DNA of 64,000 bases from Dehalococcoidia bacterium. Its GTDB lineage: Bacteria > Chloroflexota > Dehalococcoidia > Lucifugimonadales > UBA2985. The stretch lies in NCBI GenBank assembly GCA_034422115.1, contig DAOUJW010000021.1, positions 65,876-129,875 of the forward strand. Direction: 5' to 3'. Below, in pieces: positions 19,470 through 27,204 of the stretch. The position numbers were made by a program, and so were the translations under genes. How positions within the stretch are numbered: the first letter of the stretch is position 1; every line of letters starts with the position of its first letter. The notes under the pieces are model-generated. The model was not told the DNA's origin. It saw only the letters and a list, made by a program, of their open reading frames with translations, and made no database searches.

Positions 19470-19697
19470 TTAATGCTCCCAACCGGCTTTTCTAGCGATA
19501 GTACGCGCTACGCCTGGCTTGACCTCAGTATGCCTGGGCACTGCAATAATGCCCTCAATCTCTGGGTGTCGATAGATATCATGCCGTGAACCATGTCGTT
19601 GAAGATACCAGCCCTCTTCTTCAAGCCTCAATACAATTAGTCGAGTTCGCGTTTCCAAGACGTGTATGATTATAACACGCCGCCGTGTCACTTTCAA
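19470..19697 (-). CDS. hicA: HicA-family mRNA interferase toxin
   Basis: LEEEGWYLQRHGSRHDIYRHP...AVPRHTEVKPGVARTIARKAG is the HicA dsRBD-like motif. The true start is probably internal (TTG at 19658), because a TATAAT lies inside the long ORF. Confidence 0.75.
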   Translation of the reverse strand: MKVTRRRVIIIHVLETRTRLIVLRLEEEGWYLQRHGSRHDIYRHPEIEGIIAVPRHTEVKPGVARTIARKAGWEH

Positions 19698-19730
19698 GCA
19701 CGCAGCTGCTATCCAGTTATTGCCCTGTGC

Positions 19731-20558
19731 CTAGTCCATCCTTGGCACAAGGCGCATTCTTGCAATCAGCACCTGTGGAATGGCGCTAAAGTGTGCCCAG
19801 CTTAGCGGCCTGTCCGGCCTCACCTGGCCTTGGGGAATCGATGGCTCCTCCATCCAGTCCAGGGCAAACCCGTGCTTGAAGCAGGCGTTGAAGAGCATTC
19901 CAATGGGCCTGTGGAAGTAGTATTGCGGCTCAGGCTGGCCCACAATTCCCAGGCCCATGTGCATATGGGGGATTGAGTAATCGGTGACAATGGCGCCAAA
20001 GCTGGTCACCAGTTGGCCGTCCCTGTCCTGCTCCTCCGCTATCCTGCGCACGTTGCCGGAGTTGAATACCGGATGCGTAACGGAGAACACGAACCGGCCG
20101 CCGGGCTTCAGCAGCGCGGGCAGCGTTGAGAGAAGCGGCTCGATGGATGCCATGTCCATCAGGCCCATTGTGCAGACGGCGGCGTCAAAATGCGCCCTGC
20201 CCAGGGTCAGGAGCGCCTCCGGGTCGGACGCGTCCATGACCCTGTAGTCGATCCTGTCGGCGTTCTCCGTCGTGCGCTGGCGCGCCCGGGCGATGAACCG
20301 CTCCGAGTGGTCGAACGCCACGACCTCTGCTCCCAGGGCCGCCATGCGCCGGGCGAAGCGCCCCGCGCCGCAGGCGATGTCCAGCACCCGCTCGCCGGGC
20401 TGCAGCTCCAGCATGCGCTCCGTGTTGGGTTCCAGGAGAAGCTCCTGGGTCGGGTTGCCGTCGCCTATGCGGTCGTCCCACCACTCGGCAAGGCGGTCCC
20501 ACACCTCCCTTGTGGCGCTGTTGTACTCCGCAAAATCGGGCGATATCGAGTCGTTCAT
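19731..20558 (-). CDS. class I SAM-dependent methyltransferase
   Basis: Motif I VLDIACGAGRFARRMA. 275 aa. Confidence 0.8.
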   Translation of the reverse strand: MNDSISPDFAEYNSATREVWDRLAEWWDDRIGDGNPTQELLLEPNTERMLELQPGERVLDIACGAGRFARRMAALGAEVVAFDHSERFIARARQRTTENADRIDYRVMDASDPEALLTLGRAHFDAAVCTMGLMDMASIEPLLSTLPALLKPGGRFVFSVTHPVFNSGNVRRIAEEQDRDGQLVTSFGAIVTDYSIPHMHMGLGIVGQPEPQYYFHRPIGMLFNACFKHGFALDWMEEPSIPQGQVRPDRPLSWAHFSAIPQVLIARMRLVPRMD

Positions 20559-20568
20559 AACACAGCCC

Positions 20569-20943
20569 CTAGTCCGTGGCGTGCAGCTCCACCTGCACCA
20601 GGGGGCTGCCCTCTACCCACGCCTCCACGTCCATTGCGCGCCCGTCGGTCCTGCGCTCTGCGATCTTGGTGAACACCTCTCTTCGTTTCGACTCCGCAGT
20701 AATGGGCGTGGCCGTGGCGGGTATGTCCACCTGAACGCTCTCCTTGAGGTGGAAGGTGAACCGGGGATTGGCAATGAGGTTGGCCAGCCAGTCCCTTGGC
20801 CCCGGCAGCCCGGAGATGAACAGCTCATCGTCCAGCAGATGGAACCATATCTCTATGCGACGCGGCTGGCCGCTCTTCCTGCCCGTTGTGGTTATGTCTA
20901 TGACCTTGTCCTTCAGGAGCGCCTGTTCAATAGCTTCGTTCAT
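20569..20943 (-). CDS. nitroreductase-family deazaflavin(F420)-dependent oxidoreductase-like (split-barrel)
   Basis: ITTTGRKSGQPRRIEIWF...ISGLPGPRDWLANLIANP pattern. Start at ATG 20943; the longer listed ORF to 21327 has no support. Confidence 0.65.
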   Translation of the reverse strand: MNEAIEQALLKDKVIDITTTGRKSGQPRRIEIWFHLLDDELFISGLPGPRDWLANLIANPRFTFHLKESVQVDIPATATPITAESKRREVFTKIAERRTDGRAMDVEAWVEGSPLVQVELHATD

Positions 20944-21094
20944 GATTCGCCTCTGTAGAAATACTTTGAGAGCATTATACCAGCAGCCGCGAGGCGCTGA
21001 GTCCACCTTAAGCAAGCGGCCATTAGCCTTGACGTTGGAATCTAGGAGAAATAGAATATGCCAGCAGAAAAGCTCCTCCATACGGAGTACAGCG

Positions 21095-21565
21095 TTGGCA
21101 TCTAGCGACAGGATAGAGTATCCGGTTTCGGCCGGCGGTGTGGTGTACAGGGTTGCGGAGGACGGCGTAGAGATTGTATTGGGCGGGTTCCGCTCCCAGG
21201 AGGGCTGGACTTGGGGACTTCCCAAGGGCACTCCCGACCCCGGAGAGACCATGGAGCAGACGGCCGTACGCGAGGTGACGGAGGAGACGGGGCTGAAGGT
21301 TGCCCTGGAAGCGCCCATCGACACCATTCAGTACTGGTTTGTCCGATCCAGCGACGGCGTCAGGTGCCACAAGACCGTCCACTTCTATCTGATGACCCCC
21401 ATCGGCGGGTCCATAAACGAGCACGACCAGGAGTTCGACGACGTACAGTGGCGCCACGACCGGGAGGCCCTTCGCACCCTGACCTACAAGAACGAGGCCA
21501 AGATTGTGGAGAAGGCAATGAAGATGGTGTCCCGGAAAGTCGCAGAGGAGAGAGCCGTTGATTAG
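21095..21565 (+). CDS. NUDIX hydrolase
   Basis: Nudix box GLPKGTPDPGETMEQTAVREVTEETG. Start proposed at TTG 21095 (GGAG 7 nt upstream), because the listed ORF start at 20744 overlaps the convergent gene. The start is uncertain. Confidence 0.75.
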   Translation: MASSDRIEYPVSAGGVVYRVAEDGVEIVLGGFRSQEGWTWGLPKGTPDPGETMEQTAVREVTEETGLKVALEAPIDTIQYWFVRSSDGVRCHKTVHFYLMTPIGGSINEHDQEFDDVQWRHDREALRTLTYKNEAKIVEKAMKMVSRKVAEERAVD

Positions 21566-22100
21566 AGGAGAGATGACAGTCCTGCGGGACAAGAAGCTGG
21601 AGGACGCCCCCACAGACTACGCCTGGCGCACGGACGAGGAGCTTTCCGCGCTGGACGCCACCACGCCCCTTCGCATGTCGTACAACAGCTTCCTGCGCCT
21701 CTTCGAGGACGAGCTGAGACACCCCGTCCCGTGGTCCAAGCGGTTCGCCGTGGAGACCCTTGACGAGAAGCTCATTGGCAACTGCATGTACTACGACATC
21801 GATACCTCCAAGGGCCAGGCGGAGCTTGGCATTATGATTGGGGACAGGGACTACTGGAACCAGGGCTACGGCACGGACGTGGTCAACACCCTGGTGGGCC
21901 ACGTGTTCTCCACCACTACCCTCAAGCGGATATACCTCCACACTCTGACCTGGAACGTGCGGGCGCAGAAGTCCTTCCAGAAGTGCGGCTTTGTCCCACT
22001 GCGGGAGGTCAAGAGAAGCGGCTACGAGTTCCTCCTGATGGAGCTGATGCGGGACAGGTGGGAGGAGCTGGCGTCCGGGCGGGCTCAATCGCAGATTTGA
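21558..22100 (+). CDS. GNAT-family N-acetyltransferase (RimJ/RimL-like)
   Basis: ELGIMIGDRDYWNQGYGTDVVNTLVGHVF...NVRAQKSFQKCGF acetyl-CoA binding core. Confidence 0.8.
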   Translation: MIRGEMTVLRDKKLEDAPTDYAWRTDEELSALDATTPLRMSYNSFLRLFEDELRHPVPWSKRFAVETLDEKLIGNCMYYDIDTSKGQAELGIMIGDRDYWNQGYGTDVVNTLVGHVFSTTTLKRIYLHTLTWNVRAQKSFQKCGFVPLREVKRSGYEFLLMELMRDRWEELASGRAQSQI

Positions 22101-22178
22101 GCCACTCGCTGTGACGCTCCGCAGTATTGCTTATCATATCCGCCGATTATTGACCTGTGATATTAGATATACTACTGT

Positions 22179-22436
22179 TTGTCTGTGAGGTCTCGACACC
22201 ACCGGACTCTGGAGGCGATATTCTCTAGGCCGACACCGGCGGATATTAGATGGGCAGACATTGAGTCCTTAATGGAGGCCTTGGATGTCGATGTTGTGGA
22301 GCGCTCAGGATCACGAGTGCTATTCCGCAAAGGTCAGGCTTCTATCCTGATACACCGACCACATCCTCAGCCGGAGGTACCAAGAGGCTCCATCCGCAGG
22401 ATAGCGCAATTCTTGGAACATATAGGAGCAGTCTAA
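22179..22436 (+). CDS. hicA: HicA-family toxin (long subtype)
   Basis: HRTLEAIFSRPTPADIRWADIESLMEAL...GSRVLF...IHRPHPQPEVPRGSIRRIAQFLEHIG pattern. AT-richer than its surroundings. Confidence 0.7.
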   Translation: MSVRSRHHRTLEAIFSRPTPADIRWADIESLMEALDVDVVERSGSRVLFRKGQASILIHRPHPQPEVPRGSIRRIAQFLEHIGAV

Positions 22437-22774
22437 TGCTGACCTACAAGGGATACATTGCCGCCGTTGATTACGACGATTCAGTGGATGAGCTTCACGC
22501 TTATGTAGTAAACAGCGGACCCTATTCTATCGCCAATTGCTTTGCCAAGGACGTAGAAGGGCTTAAGCGCGAGCTAGCTCTATCTATAGACGATTATCTG
22601 GCCTCCTGCAATGAGTCTGGTATAGAACCCCAAAAGCCCTTCTCGGGCAAAGTGGACATTCAATTGGGCCCAGAACTCCTACAGAAAGTTACCATAGCTT
22701 CCACGAAAGCAGGACTGAGCCTGAACGCCTGGATCACCCAGTCAATAGAAACCGCGCTCCGCAATAATGAATGA
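22436..22774 (+). CDS. hicB: HicB-family antitoxin
   Basis: MLTYKGYIAAVDYDDSVDELHAYVVN...FSGKVDIQLGPELLQKVTIASTKAGLSLNAWITQSIE (RHH-like C-terminus). Overlaps the hicA stop by 1 nt (TAATG). Confidence 0.7.
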   Translation: MLTYKGYIAAVDYDDSVDELHAYVVNSGPYSIANCFAKDVEGLKRELALSIDDYLASCNESGIEPQKPFSGKVDIQLGPELLQKVTIASTKAGLSLNAWITQSIETALRNNE

Positions 22775-22903
22775 AACGACGCGAGCGGCCAGACCTCCAA
22801 GGCGCCCTCGCCTGGCTGTTGTTTAAGGTGGGAACGGATAATATAATGGTCTTGGTGTGTCCACAACGGCAATCGACGCATCAGTGGTAGAATACAAGCG
22901 TGT

Positions 22904-22979
22904 GCCCCTGTAGCTCAGGCGGATAGAGCATCGGTTTCCTAAACCGAGTGCCCCGGTTCGAGTCCGGGCAGGGGTACCA
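22904..22979 (+). tRNA. tRNA-Arg (anticodon CCT)
   Basis: Cloverleaf folded by hand: acceptor GCCCCTG/CAGGGGT, anticodon arm TCGGT-TTCCTAA-ACCGA, T arm CCCGG-TTCGAGT-CCGGG, encoded CCA. Confidence 0.9.
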
Positions 22980-23032
22980 TACTGAAAACAGGGACCGTCC
23001 CGGAGTATATTTCAGCAAGAGCAGAACGAGGT

Positions 23033-23329
23033 ATGCCTATGGCTAAGGAAGAGCGCAAACCCAGGCAGCTGCCGCGGCCCTTCGAGATGCACTGGGGCAA
23101 GGGGCAGATAGTGGAGGAGGCCACCTGTGTAGGGCAGTACCACGAGCCCGCCGTCCAGCTTCTGGAGTACGAAGACGGCGCGGAGTCCATACGGTTCTGC
23201 CACTACGATCTCAGGGGTCGGTTCCAGCGCAGCCCCCTGATGATCAGCGAGGATGTGATCGCAGAGCTGAGGGACTCGCTGGCCCAGGCACCTCGCCTTC
23301 GGGAGCTGCTGAAGAGACTGGTAGAGTAG
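23033..23329 (+). CDS. hypothetical protein (98 aa)
   Basis: ORF between tRNA-Arg and the tRNA-Trp cluster. No recognisable motif. Confidence 0.45.
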   Translation: MPMAKEERKPRQLPRPFEMHWGKGQIVEEATCVGQYHEPAVQLLEYEDGAESIRFCHYDLRGRFQRSPLMISEDVIAELRDSLAQAPRLRELLKRLVE

Positions 23330-23380
23330 GCATTACATCGGAATGCCGCCTGGGGATTTGGCCTGGAGCAGGTCCAGGGA

Positions 23381-23408
23381 TTCCACAAACTCCGCCTTAT
23401 GGTATACT
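23381..23408 (+). promoter_or_regulatory. candidate sigma-70 promoter for the tRNA Trp-Leu-Cys cluster
   Basis: TTCCAC (23381..23386), 16-nt spacer, TATACT (23403..23408), about 24 nt upstream of tRNA-Trp. Confidence 0.35.
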
Positions 23409-23431
23409 CTTTATCTGTCGTATTGGTGTGC

Positions 23432-23509
23432 AGGAGTGTAGCTCAGCCCGGTTAGAGCAACGGTCTCCAAAACCGTAGGTCGGGGGTTCGAATCCTCCCA
23501 CTCCTGCCA
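23432..23509 (+). tRNA. tRNA-Trp (anticodon CCA)
   Basis: Acceptor AGGAGTG/CACTCCT, anticodon arm ACGGT-CTCCAAA-ACCGT, T loop TTCGAAT, encoded CCA. Confidence 0.9.
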
Positions 23510-23533
23510 GAATCCCAGGACGCAAGAAGCCGT

Positions 23534-23620
23534 GCCGAGGTGGTGGAATTGGTAGACACGCGGTCTTGAGGGGGCCGTGGGCGTTAGCCCGTAGGAGTTC
23601 AAATCTCCTCCTCGGCACCA
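23534..23620 (+). tRNA. tRNA-Leu (anticodon GAG)
   Basis: Acceptor GCCGAGG/CCTCGGC, anticodon arm CGGTC-TTGAGGG-GGCCG, long variable arm, encoded CCA. Confidence 0.9.
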
Positions 23621-23643
23621 AAAACGTGGTAAAATAGCACAAG

Positions 23644-23719
23644 GGCGACGTAGCCAAGTGGTTAAGGCGGAGCTCTGCAAAAGCTCTATTCGGCGGTTCG
23701 AATCCGCCCGTCGCCTCCA
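23644..23719 (+). tRNA. tRNA-Cys (anticodon GCA)
   Basis: Acceptor GGCGACG/CGTCGCC, anticodon arm GAGCT-CTGCAAA-AGCTC, T arm GGCGG-TTCGAAT-CCGCC, encoded CCA. Confidence 0.9.
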
Positions 23720-23732
23720 AACATAAATTGCA

Positions 23733-23772
23733 AAAAGCAGAGCGGGGAAAAGCGCCCCTTCTGCTTTTTTAT
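23733..23772 (+). terminator. intrinsic terminator after the tRNA Trp-Leu-Cys cluster
   Basis: Hairpin AGCAGAGCGGGG-aaaagcg-CCCCTTCTGCT followed by TTTTTTATT. Confidence 0.75.
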
Positions 23773-23788
23773 TGAACCCTCCTGTTTT

Positions 23789-23871
23789 GCCCAGGTGGCG
23801 AAAGGGTAGACGCGGCGGACTTAAAATCCGCTCCCCGCAAGGGGGTGTGGGTTCGAATCCCTCCCTGGGCA
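23789..23871 (+). tRNA. tRNA-Leu (anticodon TAA), CCA not encoded
   Basis: Acceptor GCCCAGG/CCTGGGC, anticodon arm GCGGA-CTTAAAA-TCCGC, long variable arm. The 3' end reads A-CAG, so there is no genomic CCA. Confidence 0.85.
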
Positions 23872-23922
23872 CAGAACCCTTACCAGGTGTAACGGCTTGG
23901 CAAGACGGGATTGTGCCCCCGC

Positions 23923-24315
23923 TCAGGACCCCAAGACCGCGCGGCGTAGTATGTCATTGAGCCGAGTCTGCCAACCCTCTCCGCCCTCGCGCAGGCGGGC
24001 CACTATGTCCGCATCCAGCCGGATGTTGAGGTGCACCTTTGTGGGAGCCTTCTGCTTGCCACGCGTACGGCGGGACCATTGGACAAGCTCAGGGTCAACC
24101 TCTATGGCCGGCCGGGCTCGGGCAAAGTCCTCCTCCGTCCACTCCGGGGCGTCCGGGTCTCTGGCAATGCCGACCAGTATTGCAATATCCTCCCCGTATC
24201 GAGCCTCTACCTCGTCAAATGTCAAATCGGTTGCCGCCAGCTCCTCAATCTGCGCCTCCGTGAGGTCTACTGCGGCAGGTTCTGGGCTGACATGGTCAGG
24301 CTTAAGCTCCGGCAT
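23923..24315 (-). CDS. brnA: BrnA-family antitoxin (DUF4415-like)
   Basis: C-terminal RGKQKAPTKVHLNIRLDADIVARLREGGEGWQTRLNDILRRAV is the BrnA/DUF4415 signature. Lies downstream of, and overlapping, brnT. Confidence 0.75.
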   Translation of the reverse strand: MPELKPDHVSPEPAAVDLTEAQIEELAATDLTFDEVEARYGEDIAILVGIARDPDAPEWTEEDFARARPAIEVDPELVQWSRRTRGKQKAPTKVHLNIRLDADIVARLREGGEGWQTRLNDILRRAVLGS

Positions 24316-24562
24316 AATCTCTCTCCTCTCGTCTACTGGCCCTTCTCAAGCTGATAATTCGTTTAACATCCCCGCGTTGTGTGTATACTACTGCGTGAAG
24401 ACGGTTTCCGATGTAGCCGACAGCGAAGTAACGGGTCTCCCCGTGCCTGTGAGTCAGCCTGATGATGGCTGTGTCCCACTCGAAAACCTCGATCGCCGTG
24501 AAGTCGACGCGGTGTTTCTGTATATTGGATGTCTGCTTCGCATCGTCCCATTCGTATGCCAC
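24302..24562 (-). CDS. brnT: BrnT-family toxin (DUF497 ribonuclease)
   Basis: AYEWDDAKQTSNIQKHRVDFTAIEVF...RIISLRRASRREERDY. Start proposed at GTG 24562; the ORF is open to TTG 24625. Confidence 0.75.
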   Translation of the reverse strand: MAYEWDDAKQTSNIQKHRVDFTAIEVFEWDTAIIRLTHRHGETRYFAVGYIGNRLHAVVYTQRGDVKRIISLRRASRREERDYAGA

Positions 24563-24702
24563 AGGTATATCGTAGCCACAAACTGCGGCGTAGTCAAGAG
24601 AGCCTGCGAAAGTGTGGTTGCACAATGGCGAAGGATGAGGTGTCGCAAGTCCACATCGTTGCTATAATGGGCGCAGTATCAACGCCACAACCGGAGTAAG
24701 CA

Positions 24703-25278
24703 ATGCAACCCGAAGTTACCGAAAGCATAATGGAGACGCCCGCCGGCAGCAGGCTGGGCTTTGAGGAGTCGGCGGCCATTGAGGAGGCCATTTCCTTCAT
24801 GCTGGACGAGGCCAGCCAGGACCGCGACGGGGAGGACTTCCTGTCCCGCGACGGCCTCCAGGCCTACGTAAGCACGATAATGCAGCAGGTGGGCATGGAG
24901 GTCACGTGCGACGTGCCACTGGCCGCGGGCGGCTCACCCGACGTCATGCTGGACATTGTGGCAACCGCCGACGGCCAACAGAGCATAGTGCGACTGGAGG
25001 AGAACCCATCCCTGGAAGACCTGGACAAGGTCCGCGGACTGCTCGCGCAGCTAAAGGCAGCCGGGACGCAGGGCAGGCTCTACCTGGCCACCGACATCCT
25101 GAACGGCAACAATTTGGTTCTGGGGCCTCTCAGCGGGGGCGTGAAGGAACTCATGGTGGAGGAGGGGATTGGCGTCATCCTTGTGGACAAGCTCTTTATC
25201 CTGATTTGCCAGAACCACGACCAGCTCATGCTGGAAGAGATGCCCCACTTCGTCTTTCCGCCGCCAACTCCGGGCTAG
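24703..25278 (+). CDS. hypothetical protein (191 aa), possible restriction-endonuclease-like fold
   Basis: TATAAT at about 24662 and GGAG 7 nt before the ATG. PDVMLDIVATADGQQSIVRLEEN resembles a degenerate PD-(D/E)xK core. The functional call is weak. Confidence 0.55.
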   Translation: MQPEVTESIMETPAGSRLGFEESAAIEEAISFMLDEASQDRDGEDFLSRDGLQAYVSTIMQQVGMEVTCDVPLAAGGSPDVMLDIVATADGQQSIVRLEENPSLEDLDKVRGLLAQLKAAGTQGRLYLATDILNGNNLVLGPLSGGVKELMVEEGIGVILVDKLFILICQNHDQLMLEEMPHFVFPPPTPG

Positions 25279-25308
25279 GCGCGCTCCCGATTTGCTATAA
25301 TCCTCTGC

Positions 25309-25980
25309 GTGAAGAGTCTGGCGTTACACCCCTGGGACGTGGAGGCGACGGAGGCCATCGCTATCCAGCGAGACCTGGCCTCCAGGGTGGTCGCAGAAGA
25401 CGGCTTTGACAACCCGCCCCGATACGTGACCGGCGTGGACATATCACCGCCGGACGCAGAGGGCGTTGCTACGGCTGCCGCCGTTCTGCTGGAGCTGCCC
25501 GGCCTGCAGACGGTCGAGGTCAGGGTGTACAAGGGAAGGCCCGGCTTCCCATACGTGCCCGGCCTGCTGTCCTTTCGGGAGACGCCCCTGGTGCTGGGAG
25601 CGCTGGAGCAACTGGAGACGGCGCCGGACATCATCCTCGCCGACGGCCAGGGCATTGCCCACCCCAGGCGGTTCGGCATAGCCTGTCACTTGGGGCTTCT
25701 GACTGACACGCCCGCCATCGGCTGCGCCAAGTCCATTCTCAGAGGTCGGCCGGAGGACGAACTGGACTCAGATAGGGGGTCTTTCGTTGATCTGGTGGAC
25801 AGGGGCGAAGTGGTCGGCGCGGCCGTCCGCACTCGGAAGTCGGTGAGGCCCGTTTACGTCTCAGTCGGCCACAAGATCAGCCTGGGCAGCGCAATAGAGT
25901 GGACGCTGGCCTGCTGCAAGGGGTATCGTATACCGGAGCCCACCCGCTTGGCGCACCTGGCCGCGGCGGGCAAGCTCTAG
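25309..25980 (+). CDS. nfi: endonuclease V
   Basis: GVDIS...FPYVPGLLSFRETPLVL...ILADGQGIAHPRRFGIACHLGLL...IGCAKS, the full-length Nfi pattern. Confidence 0.9.
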   Translation: MKSLALHPWDVEATEAIAIQRDLASRVVAEDGFDNPPRYVTGVDISPPDAEGVATAAAVLLELPGLQTVEVRVYKGRPGFPYVPGLLSFRETPLVLGALEQLETAPDIILADGQGIAHPRRFGIACHLGLLTDTPAIGCAKSILRGRPEDELDSDRGSFVDLVDRGEVVGAAVRTRKSVRPVYVSVGHKISLGSAIEWTLACCKGYRIPEPTRLAHLAAAGKL

Positions 25981-26035
25981 TGACATCGGCGCTCCGCAGA
26001 GGGCTGCCGTCTTTGACAAAAGAAAGGTGAACGAT

Positions 26036-27134
26036 ATGCAGGAACTCAGGGGACGCGCAGAGGAGCTTAGGGAGAGGATAGCACAGCTGCTGGAGCGTCT
26101 TTGACGTAGCCGGCAAAGAGGCGGAGATAACGCAGCTGGAGGCCCGGGCCGGTCGCCCGGAGTTCTGGGACGACCCCCAGGCCGCCCAGCCGCACATGAT
26201 TCGACTGGCGGAGATCAAGGACGTGGTGGACGCGTGGCGAGACTTGGAGAGCCGCGCGTCGTCGGCCTGCGACCTCATCGCACTGGCCCTTGAGGAGGAC
26301 GACACCAGCCTGGAGGAGTCCCTGTTCACAGACCTAGAGGCCATTTCCGAGGAGCTGAAGGACAGGGAGTTCCAGCTGACCCTCTCCGGCGAGTACGATA
26401 CCCGCAACGCCATCCTGGCCATCCACGCCGGGGCGGGCGGCACGGAGTCCCAGGACTGGGCGCAGATGCTCATGCGGATGTACCTGCGGTGGTCTGAGCG
26501 CAGGCGCTACAAGAACGAGCTGCTTGACGTGTCGCCGGGAGACGAGGCGGGAGTCAAGAGCGCAGTCATCAGCGTGGAAGGCAGGCACGCCTACGGCTAC
26601 CTGAAGGCCGAGGGCGGTACGCATCGGCTGGTGCGCCTGTCGCCCTTCGACTCCGCGCACATGAGGCATACGTCCTTTGCCCTGGTGGAGGTGCTGCCGG
26701 AAGCGGAGGAGCGGGTCGACGTCACCATCAACCCGGACGACCTTCGCATCGACGTATTCCGGGCCAGCGGCCACGGCGGACAGGCGGTGCAGAAGAACGC
26801 CACGGCCGTGCGCATAACCCACCTGCCGACGGGCATTGTGGTGAGCTGCCAGAACGAGCGCTCCCAGTTCCAGAACAAGGAGTTTGCGATGAAGGTGCTG
26901 CGGGCCAGGCTGATGGAGCTGGAGATGAAGCGTCAGGCGGAGGAGCAGGCCAGGCTCAAGGGCGAGCACGTCTCGGCGGAGTGGGGCAGCCAGATAAGGA
27001 GCTACGTACTGCACCCGTACAAGATGGTGAAGGACCACCGCACCAACCACGAGACCTCGGACCCCGGCGCAGTGCTGGACGGTGAGCTAGACGACTTCAT
27101 CCAGGCGTACCTGCTGGGGACTGTGGGGACGTAG
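26036..27134 (+). CDS. prfB: peptide chain release factor 2, requires +1 programmed frameshift at 26099..26105
   Basis: Frame-0 leader MQELRGRAEELRERIAQLLERL ends at CTT TGA C (TGA at 26102..26104), preceded by GGAG plus a 3-nt spacer. The +1 frame continues DVAGKEAEITQLE..., then SPF and GGQ (SGHGGQAVQK) to the stop at 27134. Confidence 0.93.
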
Positions 27135-27155
27135 GTGGGATGGTGAGTCGCTAGT

Positions 27156-27194
27156 CCCGCTGCTCAAATGGTTCGACAGGCTCACCATGAGCGG
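27156..27194. repeat. REP-like hairpin unit (family A)
   Basis: cccgctgctcaaatggttcgacaggctcaccatgagcgg, immediately after the prfB stop. Confidence 0.8.
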
Positions 27195-27204
27195 CGGGGG
27201 AGGG

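Noticed and set aside
20944-21327. N-terminal extension of the split-barrel oxidoreductase ORF, and 20744..21094 of the NUDIX ORF.
   Set aside because: The two extensions overlap each other on opposite strands and contain no family-conserved sequence. Internal starts give proteins of normal length.
22141-22178. A promoter or operator upstream of the second hicAB (TTGACC ... GATATTAGATATAC).
   Set aside because: The spacing between the TTGACC and any acceptable -10 hexamer is poor, and the inverted repeat is too imperfect to call.
23432-23509. Whether any tRNA here could be tRNA-Sec supporting the UGA recoding.
   Set aside because: The anticodons read CCT, CCA, GAG, GCA and TAA. None is TCA, and none has the extended Sec acceptor/T-arm geometry. 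The Sec machinery must be sought elsewhere.
23397-23872. Minus-strand ORFs of 107 and 153 aa across the tRNA cluster.
   Set aside because: They are translations of tRNA genes on the opposite strand.
22775-24702. An integrated mobile element at the tRNA cluster.
   Set aside because: No integrase, excisionase, transposase or duplicated tRNA 3' segment was seen. Only TA genes and small hypotheticals are present.
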